The notes beneath the pieces were generated by a model. That model did no database searches, was not told the origin of the DNA, and worked only from the letters and a program-made list of their open reading frames with translations. From a virus (lineage: Duplodnaviria > Caudoviricetes): a stretch of 64,000 bases of DNA. Shown piece by piece: positions 60,984-64,000 of this stretch. The translations under genes and the position numbers were made by a program. The stretch covers positions 1-64,000 of IMG/VR virus record IMGVR_UViG_3300027542_000004. One strand, 5' to 3'. How positions within the stretch are numbered: the stretch's first letter is position 1; the number at the start of each line of letters is the position of its first letter.

Positions 60984-61430
60984 ATGAAAAATGACATCTC
61001 ACCCAACAAGGAAACGGTTGTCTTCGGTAATGATTCCTCAGTAATCCGCAAGTACATTGCCGGCATCGCCGGTGGTCGTACACTGGACTGCTCGGATTTT
61101 GTCGATGACACTGTTCTCGCCGGCCACGTCATCATCAAAAAGGCCGACGGAAAGTATGCCCCGATGCCCGTCATCGCGGCTGTTCCCGCGAAGCCCGCAC
61201 AGGGCGAAAACCCTACTGTTGCGGCTCAGCCCGCCAAGTACGGCACACTCCCTACCGGCGCATCCTACGCCGGCGTTCTCTATCGCTCAATCAGTAAGAA
61301 AAACCCCGCTGCTTCCATTATGACGATAGGTATTGTCAATCCCGACATGACCCCCTATCCCATGACAGACATCCTGACCGCGTTCACGGCTGCCTGCAAA
61401 ATTTCCTTTGAAAAGGACGAAGAAGCATAA
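60984..61430 (+). CDS. Probable head decoration protein
   Basis: Between scaffold and capsid; GGRTLD, AGH.II, GVL motifs. Confidence 0.65.
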   Translation: MKNDISPNKETVVFGNDSSVIRKYIAGIAGGRTLDCSDFVDDTVLAGHVIIKKADGKYAPMPVIAAVPAKPAQGENPTVAAQPAKYGTLPTGASYAGVLYRSISKKNPAASIMTIGIVNPDMTPYPMTDILTAFTAACKISFEKDEEA

Positions 61431-61445
61431 AAACCGAGTATCTGA

Positions 61446-62534
61446 GTTAAACAGTCATTCTATTTCGATTACGCGCAGAAATACTTCCCCGGCCTCGTTC
61501 TGGCCGTGGTTGAACGTCTGAACGAAAAGCGCAACAACTCCGCGCAGACGTATCTCTACAAAGAGAAACTTCGCCCCCAGTTCTCGCTTGATGGTCGCTG
61601 GGCTTCCATTCTTGCCGAATACACCCGTGTAGCCGCCGACGTTGTGGCACTTGACTCCGAGCTTCCGCTCAAGAGCCGTGACACGCTGGAGGTTGCTTCC
61701 GGCACTATCCCCAAGATAGGTATGAAGCTCTACCTGACCGAAAAGCAGATGAAGGACGTTGATTCGATGATTGCACAGGGTCTTCCCCTTGAAACCATCA
61801 TCAACAACATCTTCGCCGACACCCCCCGTTGCATCGAGGGCATCTGGGAGCGCATCGAAGACATCTTCCTTTCCGAGCTTTCGTCCGGCGTGGGCATTTC
61901 CGAACGTAACAACGGCACCGGCGTGCGCATCAACATGAACTTCTATGAGGCCAATCAGTTCCTCGTATCGGCTCTGTGGAGCGCAACTACCGCCACACCG
62001 CTTGACGACATTCAGAAAGTCGTTGACAAGTCCATCGAAGACTCCAACACCATCATCGACGCATACGCCGACGATACCGCCCTCCAGCTTCTTTACAAGA
62101 ACGGTCAGGTGCGTGCGCAGTTTGCCTTTGACCAAGGCATCGCCATGACTGCATCAACAGCCATCCCCGTGCTTGACCTTTCCAAGCTCCAGCAGCTTTT
62201 CCTCACCAAGTGGAACATCCGTCTGCACCGCGTTTCGCGCCGTGTGAAGACCGAGCTTAACGGAGTTAAGCAGAACCACAACCCGTGGAAGAAAGGCACT
62301 ATTACCTTTGTCTGCGATGAAGAGCTTGGCTCGCTTGTATGGACTAACGTCGCCGAAGTCAACCGCCGTGTTGATGGTGTAGTCTATCAGGTAGCCGACG
62401 AATACATCCTTGCAAAGAAGTATTCCAAGACAGACCCCCTCCGCGAGTTCACCGCTTCCGAGGCTATGGTTGTCCCCGTGTTGAACAACGTTGACCGTAT
62501 CTATACGCTCGACTCTCAGACTGTTCAGGAATGA
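61446..62534 (+). CDS. Major capsid protein; proposed GTT start (ORF track uses GTG 61506)
   Basis: ~362 aa in head operon; frame opens at TGA-GTT-AAA 15 nt after the previous stop. Confidence 0.8.
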   Translation, partial: VKQSFYFDYAQKYFPGLVLAVVERLNEKRNNSAQTYLYKEKLRPQFSLDGRWASILAEYTRVAADVVALDSELPLKSRDTLEVASGTIPKIGMKLYLTEKQMKDVDSMIAQGLPLETIINNIFADTPRCIEGIWERIEDIFLSELSSGVGISERNNGTGVRINMNFYEANQFLVSALWSATTATPLDDIQKVVDKSIEDSNTIIDAYADDTALQLLYKNGQVRAQFAFDQGIAMTASTAIPVLDLSKLQQLFLTKWNIRLHRVSRRVKTELNGVKQNHNPWKKGTITFVCDEELGSLVWTNVAEVNRRVDGVVYQVADEYILAKKYSKTDPLREFTASEAMVVPVLNNVDRIYTLDSQTVQE

Positions 62535-62869
62535 AAGCAACCGTCCTCGTACCTTTCCGCGACAAATACGACCATGCAGTCGTGTATGCGCCCGGAGATG
62601 TAAAGGAATTTGACAATGACCGCGCAGTGGCACTGGCCGCTCGCGGTCTTGTCGAACCCTTTGCAGAAGCTCCCAAAGAACCCGAAGAAAAGGCAGAAGC
62701 CGACGCGAAGCCCGCCAAGCCTAAAGGTAAGGGCAAAGGTAAATCCACCAAAAAGGAAAAGGAAGTCGCCGATGCAGCTCCCGAAGCCGATAAGGTAGAA
62801 GCCGATGCCGACACCGAAGCTGACGCGCCCGAAGAAGCAGAAGCCGAAGATTCCAACGATAACGAATAA
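62531..62869 (+). CDS. Small head-associated protein
   Basis: F.DK....Y..GD..E....RA..L...GL motif, low-complexity tail. Confidence 0.65.
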   Translation: MKATVLVPFRDKYDHAVVYAPGDVKEFDNDRAVALAARGLVEPFAEAPKEPEEKAEADAKPAKPKGKGKGKSTKKEKEVADAAPEADKVEADADTEADAPEEAEAEDSNDNE

Positions 62870-62874
62870 TACCG

Positions 62875-63216
62875 ATGACAATACGCGCTTACATAACCGA
62901 TAAGTTGAAAGCCTACGGAATCACGGAGGCGCAGCTTGTCGATTTGTATATTTCGTCCGGGTTGAAACTTGACTCCGATGTCATGGATAACGACCCCACC
63001 GCAGTAGGCATTGCACTGACGCAGACGCTTGAGGAGTGCATCCTTGCGCCGCGACTGTCAAGTGTAAGCGAAAGCGGGTTTTCGATGTCGTGGAACTACG
63101 ACTCCGTGGGCAAGTATTACCTTTGGCTTTGTCGTAAATGGGGCGTGACCCCTAACGATGATGTCTTGGGTATGCTTGGCATTTCCACTATTATAGACCG
63201 CACCGATAATTGGTAA
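62875..63216 (+). CDS. Probable head-tail adaptor
   Basis: SVSE.GFS.SW motif; position after capsid. Confidence 0.65.
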   Translation: MTIRAYITDKLKAYGITEAQLVDLYISSGLKLDSDVMDNDPTAVGIALTQTLEECILAPRLSSVSESGFSMSWNYDSVGKYYLWLCRKWGVTPNDDVLGMLGISTIIDRTDNW

Positions 63217-63220
63217 AAGC

Positions 63221-63550
63221 ATGTACTACGCACCCCACATATTGCAGAAGCGCATTATCGCCGAGGAGAAGTCGGATGAATTTGGAAGACCTATTCCAGA
63301 AGAAGCTGGCGACTCTTGGGTGGAAGTGTGCCGATGCAGATGTGACCACAATGGGGATAAAGAAGTCAAGATGCCCGATGGCACGGTCGTAACGCCGGAA
63401 TATCATGTTGTCCTTGAGGACAACGAACCGGATATTGAAGTCGGCGATTACGTGCGTTGTCTGAAAGCAGACGGAACTATCCGTGGCGAGGGTCGTGTCA
63501 TTAAGCCGAAAACATTAAACTATCTGCCTTATGCGGAGATCTATCTGTAA
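63221..63550 (+). CDS. Probable head closure protein
   Basis: DEFG.P...W...CRCD; synteny. Confidence 0.6.
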   Translation: MYYAPHILQKRIIAEEKSDEFGRPIPEEAGDSWVEVCRCRCDHNGDKEVKMPDGTVVTPEYHVVLEDNEPDIEVGDYVRCLKADGTIRGEGRVIKPKTLNYLPYAEIYL

Positions 63551-63839
63551 GTTTGACTTTAGCGACGTGCGCCCGGCTTTAGCTCGCTTTCATCGTGATA
63601 TGCGTAAGCAAGTTGAGCGCGTCGGTCAGGAAGCAGTGGATTACGCGGTTGAGCATGGCGATTACCATGATGTCACCGGCGAAACGCGCAGAAGCAATCG
63701 TTACAAGGTTGATGCCAACAACAATCTGACCATCTACAACGAGTGCGACCACGCCGCAGAACTTGAGGCAAATGGCAAAGATGTAATAGAAAATGCGGCC
63801 TTATTCGCAGAACAACGACTTAAAGAGATTTTTGAATGA
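63531..63839 (+). CDS. HK97 gp10-like neck protein
   Basis: G.Y.D.TG..R.S, A..LE..G.DV. Confidence 0.6.
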   Translation: MRRSICKFDFSDVRPALARFHRDMRKQVERVGQEAVDYAVEHGDYHDVTGETRRSNRYKVDANNNLTIYNECDHAAELEANGKDVIENAALFAEQRLKEIFE

Positions 63840-64000
63840 TTACCACCACTGACGCAGCAAACATCCTTTACACCGCCTGCAAAAATATCTTTGGGATGCC
63901 GGTCTATCAGGCTGGCAACATTCCCGCCGGTAAAGTAGGCAAGGATGGCCGTGTAGTCATCCATGCAAAAGAGTATACCCCCGGCTCTACATGGAAGAAA
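63836..64000 (+). CDS. Probable tail terminator (truncated by window edge)
   Basis: MITTTDAANILY... ORF with ATGA overlap. Confidence 0.5.
   Translation, partial: MITTTDAANILYTACKNIFGMPVYQAGNIPAGKVGKDGRVVIHAKEYTPGSTWKK

Larger units (their letters stand above)
114..64000. mobile_element. Temperate siphovirus-like prophage, continues beyond the right edge
   Basis: Integrase, repressor, replication, terminase, portal, capsid, tape measure and endolysin genes. Confidence 0.95.

Noticed and set aside
63531-63560. Possible GTT start for the neck gene (TAA-GTT-TGA)
   Set aside because: That GTT is out of frame and followed by a stop; it lacks the GAGTTAAA context.

Overview
Left ~64 kb of a large temperate siphovirus-like prophage of a Bacteroidales host (TAnnTTTG promoters, A-rich translation starts). 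It begins at a probable att core matching a tRNA 3' end (114-127) next to a tyrosine integrase. The order is: immunity, recombination, a NARP1-like NAD+ reconstitution pair, replication, three DNA methyltransferase loci, nucleotide-metabolism genes, an inverted tape-measure/distal-tail pair, a tRNA-ASCH-PAPS reductase-ParB module, endolysin, terminase and portal, ~20 kb of promoter-headed accessory arrays (Fmt, split RlmN-like enzyme, beta clamp, Tad2-like protein), and head/neck genes running off the right edge. The main observation is a tRNA (31756-31828) with an initiator-tRNA-like body but an AAC anticodon. Its anticodon loop is complementary to a GA-GTT-AAA motif at the 5' end of three frames that open right after an in-frame stop, including the major capsid gene. 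The phage also encodes its own tRNA formyltransferase. I infer a phage-specific GUU-start translation initiation system gating late genes. Product calls rest on motif recognition by eye; no database search was run.
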